A DNA stretch of 64,000 nucleotides from Promethearchaeia archaeon. Lineage in GTDB: Archaea; Asgardarchaeota; Lokiarchaeia; Sigyniarchaeales; SOKP01. Positions 1-11,059 of this stretch are shown piece after piece (position 1 is the stretch's first letter; each line of letters starts with the position of its first letter). Under the pieces are notes generated by a model. That model was not told where the DNA came from, ran no database searches, and saw nothing but the letters and a program-made list of their open reading frames with translations. The DNA lies in contig JAHQWG010000043.1 of assembly GCA_029856045.1 (NCBI GenBank), forward strand, positions 32,001-96,000. The letters run 5' to 3'. The position numbers and the translations under genes were made by a program.

Positions 1-534
1 CAAGTAAACATTAGAATAAAAAATATTGGTACATCTACACTTACAGATATTAATATTACTTTAATAACAAATTTTTCATATTCAATATCTAAATATAACA
101 ATTATGAGTTAAATTATCTTGAACCAGAAGAAACTACTGAAATTTCTTATAAAATTTCTATTCCTAATATAGAGGATAATAATATAACTATTTTATTCAA
201 TATTTCATTTAATACTTTAAAAACTAATGAAAAGGATGAATTTCAATTTTTTCTTAAATATGATTTAGATAGTGAATCTTTCTTTACTCAGATTGTACAA
301 TTATCAATTATATTTCTTTTTATTGGCATTGGCTTGTTTTATGCATTAGCTCTCTTATATAGAATAAGAATAAACAAAAAGATAGAGAAAATTTTTGAAA
401 AACCTCCTGAAAGAATTAGGAAAGGTAAATATGTGAAAGTTTCTGAATTACGTGCAAAGGAAATTGATAAAAGAGAAATTAAAAAAGAAAAAGCTGATTT
501 GGATGAACTACTTAAAAAAGAAAAGATAAAATAA
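1..534 (+). CDS. Partial (5'-truncated) membrane-anchored protein with Ig-like/CARDB-type domain and C-terminal TM helix
   Basis: Frame 1 is open from base 1 (QVNIRIKNIGTSTLTDINITL...LEPEETTEISYKI) and continues into the 334..534 ORF; hydrophobic stretch IVQLSIIFLFIGIGLFYALALLY then a Lys-rich tail. Confidence 0.7.
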   Translation, partial: QVNIRIKNIGTSTLTDINITLITNFSYSISKYNNYELNYLEPEETTEISYKISIPNIEDNNITILFNISFNTLKTNEKDEFQFFLKYDLDSESFFTQIVQLSIIFLFIGIGLFYALALLYRIRINKKIEKIFEKPPERIRKGKYVKVSELRAKEIDKREIKKEKADLDELLKKEKIK

Positions 535-568
535 GTCAATAAATACGATAAAAAAATATAAGAAAAAA

Positions 569-925
569 TTATTGAGAACTTAAAACATTAATCAGATTAC
601 GCCTTATTAGAGCCAATGAAGATAATGCATCATTTCCTGCTAAAGCAATCAAAATCAATTGTTCTGATCCAACCAATATTAAAAATCCATCTTCTAAAGT
701 AAGAGTAATATCTTGTAATTTACCTTTTGAAATATCTTTTCCGATCTCATCAGAATTCTTAATAATATTAACACAGTCTAATGCAATTTTCTTGTGGTCC
801 ATTTCTGTTAACGTTTGACCAATAATTACATTGCCTTGAGTATCAGCTGCGATCAATCCTTCACATACTTCAACAGCATCCATCAGATTAGCAAGAGATT
901 GTTCGAGTTTTTCTTTATCGACCAT
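569..925 (-). CDS. Roadblock/LC7 domain protein
   Basis: 118 aa; GLIAADTQGNVI and LQDITLTLEDGFLILV...LILIAL fit the roadblock beta-strand pattern. Confidence 0.8.
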   Translation of the reverse strand: MVDKEKLEQSLANLMDAVEVCEGLIAADTQGNVIIGQTLTEMDHKKIALDCVNIIKNSDEIGKDISKGKLQDITLTLEDGFLILVGSEQLILIALAGNDALSSLALIRRNLINVLSSQ

Positions 926-1165
926 TTGTTTGACACTTCAATTTTTATTTTCTATAAGATCCTTAATACATTTTAATGAAATATAATAATATATTAATAC
1001 CTTTATTTTAATTTAAAATTTTATCTATGAAGGCATGTTAATTTGAAATTTCAAATTCAAAATAATTAAAATTTTTAAAAAAACTCATCAATATTAAATA
1101 GAATCAGTTTTTATCGATAAAGCGATGCTTTGAAATTGGATTTTTTAAAAAGATTATCAATACTT

Positions 1166-1450
1166 TTATTTTAGAACTATTAGGATAAACATATCCTCTT
1201 TAGCAACCATTACTTCGCCTTTACTAGTCTCTAGTCTGATAAATTTTAGTTCTCCTTCCTTAAGAGATTCAACACATTGCTTTCCTTTTCCAATAAGAGA
1301 GGTTATATAAGCAGAGACATTTTCAGCAATTTCAATATCAAGATTACTTTTAATGGGGAGACCGTTGGAATCAGCAATTATTACCCCTCTAACACCTTCT
1401 TTTTCTTCAAATCGCCTAATTATGGCTTTTATTGCTTTTGAATCAATCAT
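1166..1450 (-). CDS. Roadblock/LC7 protein, dynein light chain roadblock-like
   Basis: 94 aa; GVRGVIIADSNGLPIKS...LKFIRLETSKGEVMVA...FILIV parallels eukaryotic DYNLRB. Confidence 0.85.
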   Translation of the reverse strand: MIDSKAIKAIIRRFEEKEGVRGVIIADSNGLPIKSNLDIEIAENVSAYITSLIGKGKQCVESLKEGELKFIRLETSKGEVMVAKEDMFILIVLK

Positions 1451-1616
1451 TATAAAAAAGACCTAATCTATTTTAAAAAATAACTTTGTTAAATTTTATA
1501 TTACGTAGATATTATATTTTATTTTATTTTTTTTATATATCTTTTTAATAAGAGAATTTAAATATAAATCTTCACTTAAAAACAATTTTGTATGAACTCA
1601 TCTTGGTTTTCTACTA

Positions 1617-2516
1617 ATGGAAAAGTTTCCTAATCGTCTAATAAATCAGTCTTTATTAAGTAAAGAAAATATTGACTCAATGAATGAATTTTCTGCAAAT
1701 CAAAATTATAATCTTCTTTTAAATGAAATGAGTTTAAAAAAAATTATTAGAAGAAATATTTGGAATTGCCATTTAGATTCTATGCTAACAAACTATATTA
1801 AAGATGTCAAGCAAGAAAAAGAAGAAATTAATTTCCGTAAAAGTGGTAAAATATTATTTTCATCATCTTATTTACTCAAAGCAAAAACCAAACGTATTAT
1901 AAATGATTCACTTGATACACAAGATAGTATTGAAGAAATGGAGGAAATAAATAAAAATAATTTTGAAGATGAAATACTTGATGATTATGATGAGAAAACT
2001 AAAACCAATAAGCATTTGGACTTAAGAACAATAAATCAAAAAATAAATAATAATGAAATCTGCCTGAAATCACCAAAAAATATGGTTTATAAATCGATTA
2101 ATCTAAATGATTTAGCTCTCGCATTAACAGAAGTAATGAAAATCAAAGATAAAGAAAAAATATCAAGAAAACCAAAAGATAATATTAAGGAAAAAATCAG
2201 CTTTCTTCCTAAAAGTCTTATTGAAAATAACAAAGAAAAGCGAGAAAACCTAAATATAAGAATTCAAAATTTTTATAATAAACTCTTAGAAGTATATGAT
2301 AATGAACCAATATCTTTTCTAAATTTGCTTAATAAGCCAAATAGGCAGTGCTTGGTCGATTTATTAATTTATATTTTATATCTGTGTAATAGAAAAAAAA
2401 TAAAAATCTGGCAAAGAGTTTCTCAAGAAAACATAGATGATATACAAGAATCTAAATGTGAAAATTATGAAAATTTAGGTAACAGTAAAAATATATACAT
2501 TTCTCCTGTCTTATAA
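1617..2516 (+). CDS. scpA: Segregation/condensation protein A (kleisin)
   Basis: N-terminal IWNCHL...NFRKSGKILFSSSYLLKAKT, acidic linker, C-terminal winged helix LLIYILYLCNRKKIKIWQ...NIYI. Confidence 0.7.
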   Translation: MEKFPNRLINQSLLSKENIDSMNEFSANQNYNLLLNEMSLKKIIRRNIWNCHLDSMLTNYIKDVKQEKEEINFRKSGKILFSSSYLLKAKTKRIINDSLDTQDSIEEMEEINKNNFEDEILDDYDEKTKTNKHLDLRTINQKINNNEICLKSPKNMVYKSINLNDLALALTEVMKIKDKEKISRKPKDNIKEKISFLPKSLIENNKEKRENLNIRIQNFYNKLLEVYDNEPISFLNLLNKPNRQCLVDLLIYILYLCNRKKIKIWQRVSQENIDDIQESKCENYENLGNSKNIYISPVL

Positions 2517-2598
2517 TTAACTTTATTTATAAGATTGTTTATAGAAAAGATATATTTATCTATTTTCTAATATATTCATATTATTTAATTTTAAAAAA

Positions 2599-4209
2599 AT
2601 GAATTTATCGTTTAATATGACTTTAGGATATTTTGGTTTAGTCTTACATGGACATATTCCATATTGTAAACGTTCTGGTACTTGGCCTGCGGGGGAGGAA
2701 TGGTTGTTTGAAGCGATTTTAGAGACTTATATTCCTATGCTTAATATTTTAAGGGAACTTAAAAACAATGGTATTAATACAGCAATTACTATAAATATTA
2801 CTCCGATTTTGGCGGACCAATTAGCTGATGAATATATGAAAAATCGTTTTTCGGAATATATGGAAGATTTAATTTCTCGAGCTAAAAAAGATATTAAACG
2901 ATTTGAAAATCATATTATAAGAAAACAAATTGCAGATTTTCATCTTAAAAATTTCGAAGAAGCTTTGGATGCATTTTATCATGATTATTATAGGGATATT
3001 TTAGGGACTTTTAAATGGCTGCAAGAGGAAAATATGATTGAAATAATTACATCTGCGGCTACTCATGGCTTTTTACCGTTACTAGAAAGCGATTCAGGAA
3101 TTTTTTCTCAAATACAAATTGGTGTAGATACATACAAGAAATATTTTAATAAGGATCCCCTTGGATTTTGGTTACCCGAATGTGCTTATAGGCCAAAAGA
3201 AGAGAAATATGGAATTTTTAGGGAAAGCATTGATTATTGGTTAAACAATTCGGGTATAAAATATTTTTTTGTTGAAGCTCATGGAATTTTAGATGCAAAT
3301 ATTATTGAAAAAAAAAACAATATAGGATTAAATACAAATTTTGGATATAAGTTAAAGAATGGTCTTGCGGTTTTTGGGAGAAATAAAAAGACTAGTCGGC
3401 AAGTTTGGGATGCACAAATTGGATATCCTGGTGATTTTTTCTATAGAGAATTTCATAAAAAAGACCATCAATCTGGTCTGCATTATTGGAGAATTACAGA
3501 TAAAAAAGTAAATAACGAAAATAAAGAACTTTATGATCCAGTTAAAGCACAAGAAAGCGTTAATTCTCATGCAAATCATTTTATTTCTTCATTAATTGAA
3601 GAGTTAAAAAGTTATAATAAAAATTTTCAAAAAAAAGGAATAATCATATCACCATTTGATTTCGAACTATTTGGACATTGGTGGATGGAAGGGATTGCTT
3701 GGCTAAAAAAAGTGTTCGAATTAGTCTCCAAAAGTGAAATTGTAAGTATGACAACAATCTCTGATTATGTTTCGAAATTTAAAGCCGAATTTTCAATCAT
3801 TGAAATGGGAGAGAGCAGTTGGGGAGAGGGCGGTCACTATCAAGTGTGGAAAAATAAAGAACATATATGGATTTGGCCGTATATAAACTCAAGCATGAGA
3901 GAATTCGAAAAAGTATTGGAAATAAATCCCAATCCTAACGAATGGGGTAAAAGGCTGTTTAAACAAATGGCTAGAGAAATGCTTTTAATGGAAGGGAGCG
4001 ATTGGCCTTTTTTACTTTATACTAAACAAGCTAAAGATTATGCAAATCAGAGATTTCATAATCATCATCAAAGATTTAATAAATTATTATGGGCTGCAAA
4101 AGATTTGAAAGATAAAAATAGAATTAGTTTACAAGAATTAGAAACAATAGAAACTATTGATACTTGTTTTCAAGATATTAACATTAATTATTTTAAGAAA
4201 ATCCAATAA
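2599..4209 (+). CDS. GH57 1,4-alpha-glucan branching enzyme
   Basis: LVLHGHIPY, EEWLFEAILETYIP, ATHGFLP, GFWLPECAY (nucleophile), PFDFELFGHWWMEG, SDWPF. Confidence 0.92.
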   Translation: MNLSFNMTLGYFGLVLHGHIPYCKRSGTWPAGEEWLFEAILETYIPMLNILRELKNNGINTAITINITPILADQLADEYMKNRFSEYMEDLISRAKKDIKRFENHIIRKQIADFHLKNFEEALDAFYHDYYRDILGTFKWLQEENMIEIITSAATHGFLPLLESDSGIFSQIQIGVDTYKKYFNKDPLGFWLPECAYRPKEEKYGIFRESIDYWLNNSGIKYFFVEAHGILDANIIEKKNNIGLNTNFGYKLKNGLAVFGRNKKTSRQVWDAQIGYPGDFFYREFHKKDHQSGLHYWRITDKKVNNENKELYDPVKAQESVNSHANHFISSLIEELKSYNKNFQKKGIIISPFDFELFGHWWMEGIAWLKKVFELVSKSEIVSMTTISDYVSKFKAEFSIIEMGESSWGEGGHYQVWKNKEHIWIWPYINSSMREFEKVLEINPNPNEWGKRLFKQMAREMLLMEGSDWPFLLYTKQAKDYANQRFHNHHQRFNKLLWAAKDLKDKNRISLQELETIETIDTCFQDININYFKKIQ

Positions 4210-4212
4210 AAA

Positions 4213-4845
4213 TTATAAAAAATAATTTTTGAATAAATTCATTGTGCGTTCTTCTCCAATTGTGGTATTCCCCATATGCCCGGGAAATATAATAAAATTA
4301 TCAGAAAGGTCCTCATTATACATAATTTTATTTTTTATGCTTTCAAATAAAAGTTTTTGATTACCACCTTCAAAATCGGATCTACCAATACTCCTTCTAA
4401 AAATCAAATCTCCAGAAAATAAGATTCCATCAACTGGAAAATCTTTATAAAATTTGATATCTTTAGTATAAAAACATAAACTTCCTGGACTATGCCCTGG
4501 AGTTTCTAATACATGAAGATTAAATTCGTCCACTTTAACTATATCACCTTCAAAAAGCCATCTACCCGCTTCTTTTTTTACTATACTTTTATCTTTCTCA
4601 TTATACATCAATGGAATCTGATAAGTTCTAATGAGAGCTCGCATTGCCCTTGTATGATCAAAATGCCCATGAGTGAGTAAAATTGCGAGTGGAATTAAAG
4701 AATTATTATCAATCATAGTCATTATTCGATCGGATTCTTCTCCAGGGTCTATAATAACTACTTCTTTAGATTTTTCTGAGCCAAAGATATAACAGTTTGT
4801 AGCCAGCATTCCAACGATTAGCTTTTCAAGAATCATAAATCTCAA
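4213..4845 (-). CDS. MBL-fold metallo-hydrolase (glyoxalase II-like)
   Basis: THGHFDH, TPGHSPG, FSGD, PGH motifs. Confidence 0.9.
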   Translation of the reverse strand: MRFMILEKLIVGMLATNCYIFGSEKSKEVVIIDPGEESDRIMTMIDNNSLIPLAILLTHGHFDHTRAMRALIRTYQIPLMYNEKDKSIVKKEAGRWLFEGDIVKVDEFNLHVLETPGHSPGSLCFYTKDIKFYKDFPVDGILFSGDLIFRRSIGRSDFEGGNQKLLFESIKNKIMYNEDLSDNFIIFPGHMGNTTIGEERTMNLFKNYFL

Positions 4846-4948
4846 AATTAACTAAAGGTTATTAATTTTTTTATAATTTTTTAGAAATCATCAAATTTCT
4901 AAGAACGTTGTTAAATAAATGAAAAAAAAAAAGAAATAATAGAAAAAT

Positions 4949-5248
4949 CTAAATTAAGCCATTGCCTTTAGTAAATAGCTCATTTAATTCTTCTATTTTT
5001 TCTAACATAATAACACCTTTCGGCGTTAAGGATATTTCCAATTTTTTGTTTTTATTCTTTTTTACATGTATAAGATCCCGATTTAAAAGTGTATCTTTGA
5101 CTCTCAAAAATGAATTATAATAAGAAAATTTGTTTAATTCATTATAGAAGGTATGCTTATTCATCTTGTAATCTTTTCTTTTTGAAAGAATTTGTAAGGT
5201 ATCCTTAAAACCCTTTTTTTTCATAAGTTCTAATATTTCAAACGACAA
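4949..5248 (-). CDS. Winged-helix DNA-binding protein
   Basis: LLNRDLI...ISLTPKG wing signature; 99 aa. Confidence 0.6.
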   Translation of the reverse strand: MSFEILELMKKKGFKDTLQILSKRKDYKMNKHTFYNELNKFSYYNSFLRVKDTLLNRDLIHVKKNKNKKLEISLTPKGVIMLEKIEELNELFTKGNGLI

Positions 5249-5577
5249 AATGCTATACCAAACCCTAATCTAAGTTCGATTTTATGAGTAACAAAATTAA
5301 TCCTCTTTTATAAGTTTTATTTTTTTTAACAATAAAGTTATTTTAGGAGAATTAATACTCAAAACTAAGTTAAATTACTTAAAAAAATTGATTTTTTCTT
5401 ATTCTTTAGTAAGATGAATTTCTAATTTATGGAAAAGAAAATCAGATATAAATAATTTTAAACCAATTAAGAAATTCTTGAAAGAATCATAGAAGAAACT
5501 TCATTTTTTAAAGTTTTAGATGAAGACATTCATTAAAAAAAAAAATAATAGATTTTAATATTATACCCTTAAAATTT

Positions 5578-6081
5578 CTAATCTAATCCCCGTATTTGCA
5601 ATTTTGGTGTTATTTTTGATGCTCCAGCAAAATTTGTTAATACTGGGCAGTGACTAAATACTTTTTCCATTAGTTCTTCTACCTTCTCTTTTGGAGCAGA
5701 TGATTTGATTCTTATAACAGGTTCTAGTTTATCATAACCAGGTAGCATATTATCATCGAGCCCAAAAAGTGCACCAAGATTAATATGACCACGAGAAAAT
5801 ACTTTCATCTCTTCTAAAGGAATATCAAGAATCATACTCCAGAATTTAGTAACAGCAATAATACAGGCACCAATAGAGCCTAATATAGCTAATAAAGGAG
5901 AAGGCCCTTGATTTGTCCCTCCTAAACCTTCAGGAGCATCAATTAAAACTACATGAGGTTTAGCCCCCATAGAAACTTTTGTCTGCATACCTTCCGGGAG
6001 CATTTCACACTCTACATTAAAGTTTTTTTCTCCGGCATTGATATCTTTTTTAATATCTTCATACGTTTCTTTAAATCCCAT
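5578..6081 (-). CDS. OsmC/Ohr family protein
   Basis: DAPEGLGGTNQGPSP...LGSIGAC and HCPV cysteine pair. Confidence 0.88.
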   Translation of the reverse strand: MGFKETYEDIKKDINAGEKNFNVECEMLPEGMQTKVSMGAKPHVVLIDAPEGLGGTNQGPSPLLAILGSIGACIIAVTKFWSMILDIPLEEMKVFSRGHINLGALFGLDDNMLPGYDKLEPVIRIKSSAPKEKVEELMEKVFSHCPVLTNFAGASKITPKLQIRGLD

Positions 6082-6287
6082 ATTTCTTCACATTTATGTA
6101 AAATTTTTATTTTCTGTTAATCTTAATTATATTTTAATATTTGTTAGAATTTTTAAAAATATTTTGAATTTAAATTAGTAAATCTAAATATTCTAAAATA
6201 AATATCTGTCTGTGTTGTAAATAAAGAAATCGATTTAATCATTGAATTTGATGATCTAATAAAGAATTTAGAAAATTATTATTATTT

Positions 6288-7556
6288 TTAGTCTTTTTCT
6301 CTGGTTGGTTTTAATAATTTAGATAAATTACCTTTTTGATATTCATTTAACACCTTTTCTACAGTATTAACACTTAGTTTATTCAATGAATATATATCTA
6401 CTAGATGATCTCTCAGTAAATGATAAGATATTTCACCTATTTGCATAGTGAAAAGAATATCAATCTCTTTTTGAATAAAAAATTTGGCTACAGATAATCC
6501 TGCCCTGATTTTTTTATCAATAAAGGGATTTTTTAATATTTCCGATTCTTTCAATATATAATTTTCTATATTACCAAGAAAAAAAAAATTTGCTCGTCCA
6601 AAATGCTCCACAATTTCAGAATTTAAATCCTTTTTATTTTTAATTGGAATAACTATTTTAATTAATTTTTTCTCACTTGGTTCAATATATACCATAAATG
6701 ATTCTATTTGTGGTATTATTTTATATATTTGAGATTCAATTTTTTCTGAAATTTCATGTGCTTTATCAACATTAATGGTTTTTCTAACATTTATTTTTAC
6801 CTCTCCAAAAATTAAAGATCCCGATTTTCTTAATTTTAGATCTTTAAAATCATCAACACCCTCAATTTCATTCAAGATTTCCTTAATAGATTCGTCAAAC
6901 TTTTTACTTGGACTTACATCCATTAATGAAAAAATAGCGTCCTTTATTGAAATAATTCCAATTCTAAACACTAATGTTGATATGACCATTGTAATAACTC
7001 CCTCAATAAATGGAATTTGAAAAGAACTAGCTAAAATTGCTATAAAAACTATGAACGATGATATAACATCGATCATCCGCTCCTTGGAATTAAGAATTAA
7101 AAGATCTGAATTTATTTTAACCCCCATGTATCTTAAATATCTTGAAATTACAAAGGACAATCCAATAGATATAATAGATATTGTTAAAGCAAAAAAAGGA
7201 TTATATATTTCAGGTAATTCGAAAATATTATAAAAACCTTCAAAAAATAAAAAAATTGTTCCCAAAGTCATAAATATTGACAAAGTTAAAGTCATTAGAG
7301 ACTCCGCTTTATAAAACCCAAATTGAAATTTTAATGTTTTTTCCCTTTTAGAGATTCGAAAACCGATCCATGATGCAACCATAATCATTAAATCCGAAAA
7401 ATTATTCAATGCATCACTTTGTAGAGCTGAACTATTTGAGAAAAATCCGATTAAAATTTTAAAAAAAAATAAAATAAACGCAATAATTCCTGAAACTAAA
7501 GTTGCCTTTTGGCCTTTTTTAAATATTTTTTTTGTTTTTAGTTGTATTTCAGTCAT
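6288..7556 (-). CDS. Cation diffusion facilitator with C-terminal NifB/NifX-type domain
   Basis: Six TM helices, SSALQSDALNNFSD, ZT-dimer domain, then EHFGRANFF...IGEISYHLL. Confidence 0.85.
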   Translation of the reverse strand: MTEIQLKTKKIFKKGQKATLVSGIIAFILFFFKILIGFFSNSSALQSDALNNFSDLMIMVASWIGFRISKREKTLKFQFGFYKAESLMTLTLSIFMTLGTIFLFFEGFYNIFELPEIYNPFFALTISIISIGLSFVISRYLRYMGVKINSDLLILNSKERMIDVISSFIVFIAILASSFQIPFIEGVITMVISTLVFRIGIISIKDAIFSLMDVSPSKKFDESIKEILNEIEGVDDFKDLKLRKSGSLIFGEVKINVRKTINVDKAHEISEKIESQIYKIIPQIESFMVYIEPSEKKLIKIVIPIKNKKDLNSEIVEHFGRANFFFLGNIENYILKESEILKNPFIDKKIRAGLSVAKFFIQKEIDILFTMQIGEISYHLLRDHLVDIYSLNKLSVNTVEKVLNEYQKGNLSKLLKPTREKD

Positions 7557-7623
7557 ATTTAAGTTATGAATAAAGATTAATATTTAAAAGAAATACTAAA
7601 AATCCGAAAATTTTCTTTTTAAA

Positions 7624-8859
7624 TTAATGATATAATAATTCTGTAACGTTTTTAGTTAGTGATGGAAGGTGTCTACTTTCTTTGCGTAAATAATTCATCG
7701 CTTTTTCTAATCCTTCTAAAGTTAAATTAAACATAGGAAAAATTTTGGATAATACTTTCCTGGTATAACACGCCCAATCGGGATTAATAATCTCTGGATT
7801 TAACCATACAGTGAAAGGAAAATGTTCTTTTAATTTTTGCATATAAATTGCCCCTGGAATTTCATTGCGATGATAATAGTAAATTGAGCCGTATCGCTCT
7901 GATAATTCATATGGTGCCATTGCTGCGTCTCCAACAATTATTACTCTATACTTTGAATCATATTTACGAATAAAATCTTCAAATAAAATACTGCGATTAT
8001 CTTCTCGAGCTGCGGTCTCATATAATCGTTCATAGATACAATTATGAAAATAGTAATATTTAAAATCACGAAAATGAGATAATTGATGAGCAGCAGAAAA
8101 CAATTTATTAACTAGAGTAGCGTAAGGCGTCATACTTCCACCAACATCAAGAAGTAAAAGTACTTTAATGTCATTTTTTCTTCTTTTATGAAAGACCAAC
8201 TCAATATCTCCGCAATTTTTGCAGGTTTCATCAATTGTTTTATCTAGATCTAACTCATCTTGCTTTCCAATTTCTTCTAATTTTTTCAAACGTTTCAAAG
8301 CGACTTTAATTTGCCTTGTATCCAAAACAATATCTTTTCGATAATCTTTGAAAATTCGTTTTTCTGCAATTTGAACTGCCATTCTTGCACCACTACTGCC
8401 ACCAACTCTGATACCAAATGGGTTTTTTCCAGAGTGCCCCAAGGGAGATGTTCCCTGTTGCCCTATAAAACGATTGCCAAAATTATGAGGTTCATCTTGT
8501 TCCTTCATGATTTTTTCAAAATATTCCCTTAATTCTTCTAAATCCTTAGGAATCATACCCGGCGGCATTTGAAGCTGAAAAGGGAGATTATCAAAATCTA
8601 ATGGTTGATTTAACCAGTCCCATATCTCGTCTTTTATGGATTGGGGGAATTCTACATCTATATCCTTATAAAAAGAAGCAAAACATCTATCAAATATATC
8701 AAAATCATGTTCTGATTTCACAAGAATACTCCGACAAGTATAATAATATGAAACCATATCGGAAATAAGTCCTTTATTAAATGCTTCTAATAATGTTAAA
8801 AATTCCGTTATACTAACTGGTAATTTTCCCTTTAAAAAATAAAAGAAATCAACAAACAT
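7624..8859 (-). CDS. VWA domain protein (CoxE-like), MoxR partner
   Basis: MIDAS-like LLLDVGGSM, YYYFHNCIY, VGDAAMAPYEL, WLNPE. Confidence 0.85.
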   Translation of the reverse strand: MFVDFFYFLKGKLPVSITEFLTLLEAFNKGLISDMVSYYYTCRSILVKSEHDFDIFDRCFASFYKDIDVEFPQSIKDEIWDWLNQPLDFDNLPFQLQMPPGMIPKDLEELREYFEKIMKEQDEPHNFGNRFIGQQGTSPLGHSGKNPFGIRVGGSSGARMAVQIAEKRIFKDYRKDIVLDTRQIKVALKRLKKLEEIGKQDELDLDKTIDETCKNCGDIELVFHKRRKNDIKVLLLLDVGGSMTPYATLVNKLFSAAHQLSHFRDFKYYYFHNCIYERLYETAAREDNRSILFEDFIRKYDSKYRVIIVGDAAMAPYELSERYGSIYYYHRNEIPGAIYMQKLKEHFPFTVWLNPEIINPDWACYTRKVLSKIFPMFNLTLEGLEKAMNYLRKESRHLPSLTKNVTELLYH

Positions 8860-8899
8860 ATTGTTTGAACATTTAATTTTTATTTTGATTATTTTTTTT

Positions 8900-9763
8900 T
8901 TATGGCTTTACAGAAAAACCAGTTTTTTTTGAGATATACTCCATATCCTGTTCTTTCTTAATGAGAACTCCCAAAAACGGAATATCCTTTTCCAAATCAT
9001 CAGCAGTTATTCCACTTTTTAATAAAACTCCAATCCAATCTAATAATTCTGAAGTTGAGGGCTTTTTTCTAAGATTTTTATATAATCGAAGTGAATAAAA
9101 TTGCTTTAAACATTGCATTAAAATATTCCTTTTTAGATTTGGATAATGCAATTGACAAATCTGTCCCATAAAATCTTTCTCTGGAAATTCAATCCAATGA
9201 AAAACACAACGTCTCAGAAATGCATCTGGTAGCTCTTTTTCATTATTTGAAGTGATTATGACAATTGGACGATAATTTGCTTTAATAACCTCTTTAGTTT
9301 CCTTGATATAAAATTCCATTACATCTAACTCTTGTAAGAGGTCATTTGGAAATTCTATGTCAGCTTTATCTATTTCATCAATGAGGAGAACAACTTGTTC
9401 ATTAGAAACAAAAGCCTCACCTAAAGGACCATAAGTAATGTAATCTTTAATATTATTAACATTTCGATCATTTGAACCAAATCGACTATCATTAAGTCTT
9501 TGAACGGTGTCGTACATATAACACCCATCTATTGCTTCAGAGGTTGATTTAACATTCCAAACAAATAGATTTTTTCCTAATGCTTCCGAAATCGCATGAG
9601 CTAAGAGAGTTTTACCAGTTCCAGGCTCTCCCTTAACTAATAAAGGTCTCTCAAGCGCAATCGAAACATTAACTATATTTCTAAGTTGAGGATCTGCGAT
9701 ATATCGAATTCTATCTGTGTTCACATTGCCAATAAATTGATCAAATTGATAATTACTAGCCAT
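8900..9763 (-). CDS. MoxR family AAA+ ATPase
   Basis: Walker A GEPGTGKT, Walker B LLIDEIDKAD, TSNNEKELPDAFLRRC. Confidence 0.92.
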   Translation of the reverse strand: MASNYQFDQFIGNVNTDRIRYIADPQLRNIVNVSIALERPLLVKGEPGTGKTLLAHAISEALGKNLFVWNVKSTSEAIDGCYMYDTVQRLNDSRFGSNDRNVNNIKDYITYGPLGEAFVSNEQVVLLIDEIDKADIEFPNDLLQELDVMEFYIKETKEVIKANYRPIVIITSNNEKELPDAFLRRCVFHWIEFPEKDFMGQICQLHYPNLKRNILMQCLKQFYSLRLYKNLRKKPSTSELLDWIGVLLKSGITADDLEKDIPFLGVLIKKEQDMEYISKKTGFSVKP

Positions 9764-9868
9764 TATATGTAAATTAAAGAAATACAGAATTAAAAATTTG
9801 TTATTATTATTTTAAGGATTGCCTAATCCAAAAAGAAAAAAAAAAAAGAAAATAAGAAGAAGATTTTT

Positions 9869-11044
9869 TTATTTATTTTGGCTTAAAATGGTAACAGAGC
9901 ATACAGTGTAGGCTCCACCTAAATTATGAGCGAGGCCAATTTTTGCATCTGGGGTTTGTCTTCCATCTGCTCTTCCTTGAACTTGTTTAGTTACTTCATA
10001 GAGCATACGACAACCTGTAGCTCCTATTGGATGACCAAAACTTTTAAGACCACCCGATGGATTAACCGCAGTTTCTCCGTCCCAATTAAACGTACCATTT
10101 TTTAATTCTTCAGCTGCTTGTCCTCTTTCACATAATTGAAGATCCTGGCAATTTAATAATTCAGTAATTGTAAAACAATCGTGGACTTCAGCGCAATCAA
10201 TTTCTTTACGAGGATTTGTTATTCCTGCTTCTTTATATGCCAATTTAGCGGCGGTTGTTGTCGATGGAAATGATGTAAAGTCAAAATTTGGCCAGTACCA
10301 AGGCAGATTAGTATAAACTGATAATGCATTTGCTTTAACTATGACATAATCATCTCCATGGGCGTAACTTGGTGCAAGTTCCGGTCTGGTTAGAATTAAA
10401 GCTGCCGAACCATCTGACATTGCACAGCAATCAAAACGACCTAATGGATCTGCGATCATTGGAGCTTTCATAACCGTTTCCAGTGAAACAGGTTTCCTAA
10501 AATGCGCTTTAGGATGGTATGAACCATTATCATGATTCTTTACAGCAACCCTAGCAAGATCTTCTTTTGTCCATCCATATTCCTTAAAACTACGAGTAGC
10601 AGCAAACGAAAACATAGCGGGTGCTGAAGGCATTGGTAATACTGGAAACCCAAATTCTCGAAATCCAGGTAATCCTTTAGAACCTTCATCCAAAAGCTTT
10701 TCAACTCCACATGCCAGAACTACATCATTTACACCAGAAGCGACTGCATTACACGCATTTCTAAATGCATCCATACCCGAAGCACAATAATTCTCTATTC
10801 TTGTAATTGGCTTACCCCATAATTTTAACGCATCAGCAACTGTTCCTCCTGAAAGTCCTGTAAAATAATATTGGATTCCAACCCAAATAGCTTCAATATC
10901 ATCTCGTTTAACACCTGCATCTGCCATTGCGTCATCTGTTGATTTTATTAAAAGTGAAAACTGGTTTTCATCCCATAATTCTCCAAACTTTGTTGCACCA
11001 ACACCAATTATAGCAACTTTATCTCTTATTCCTTTAACAGCCAT
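9869..11044 (-). CDS. Acetyl-CoA acetyltransferase (SCP2-type thiolase)
   Basis: ENYCASG catalytic Cys, EVHDCF, NPSGGLKSFGHPIGATG, HNLGG. Confidence 0.92.
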   Translation of the reverse strand: MAVKGIRDKVAIIGVGATKFGELWDENQFSLLIKSTDDAMADAGVKRDDIEAIWVGIQYYFTGLSGGTVADALKLWGKPITRIENYCASGMDAFRNACNAVASGVNDVVLACGVEKLLDEGSKGLPGFREFGFPVLPMPSAPAMFSFAATRSFKEYGWTKEDLARVAVKNHDNGSYHPKAHFRKPVSLETVMKAPMIADPLGRFDCCAMSDGSAALILTRPELAPSYAHGDDYVIVKANALSVYTNLPWYWPNFDFTSFPSTTTAAKLAYKEAGITNPRKEIDCAEVHDCFTITELLNCQDLQLCERGQAAEELKNGTFNWDGETAVNPSGGLKSFGHPIGATGCRMLYEVTKQVQGRADGRQTPDAKIGLAHNLGGAYTVCSVTILSQNK

Positions 11045-11059
11045 TTTTTATTACCTCCT

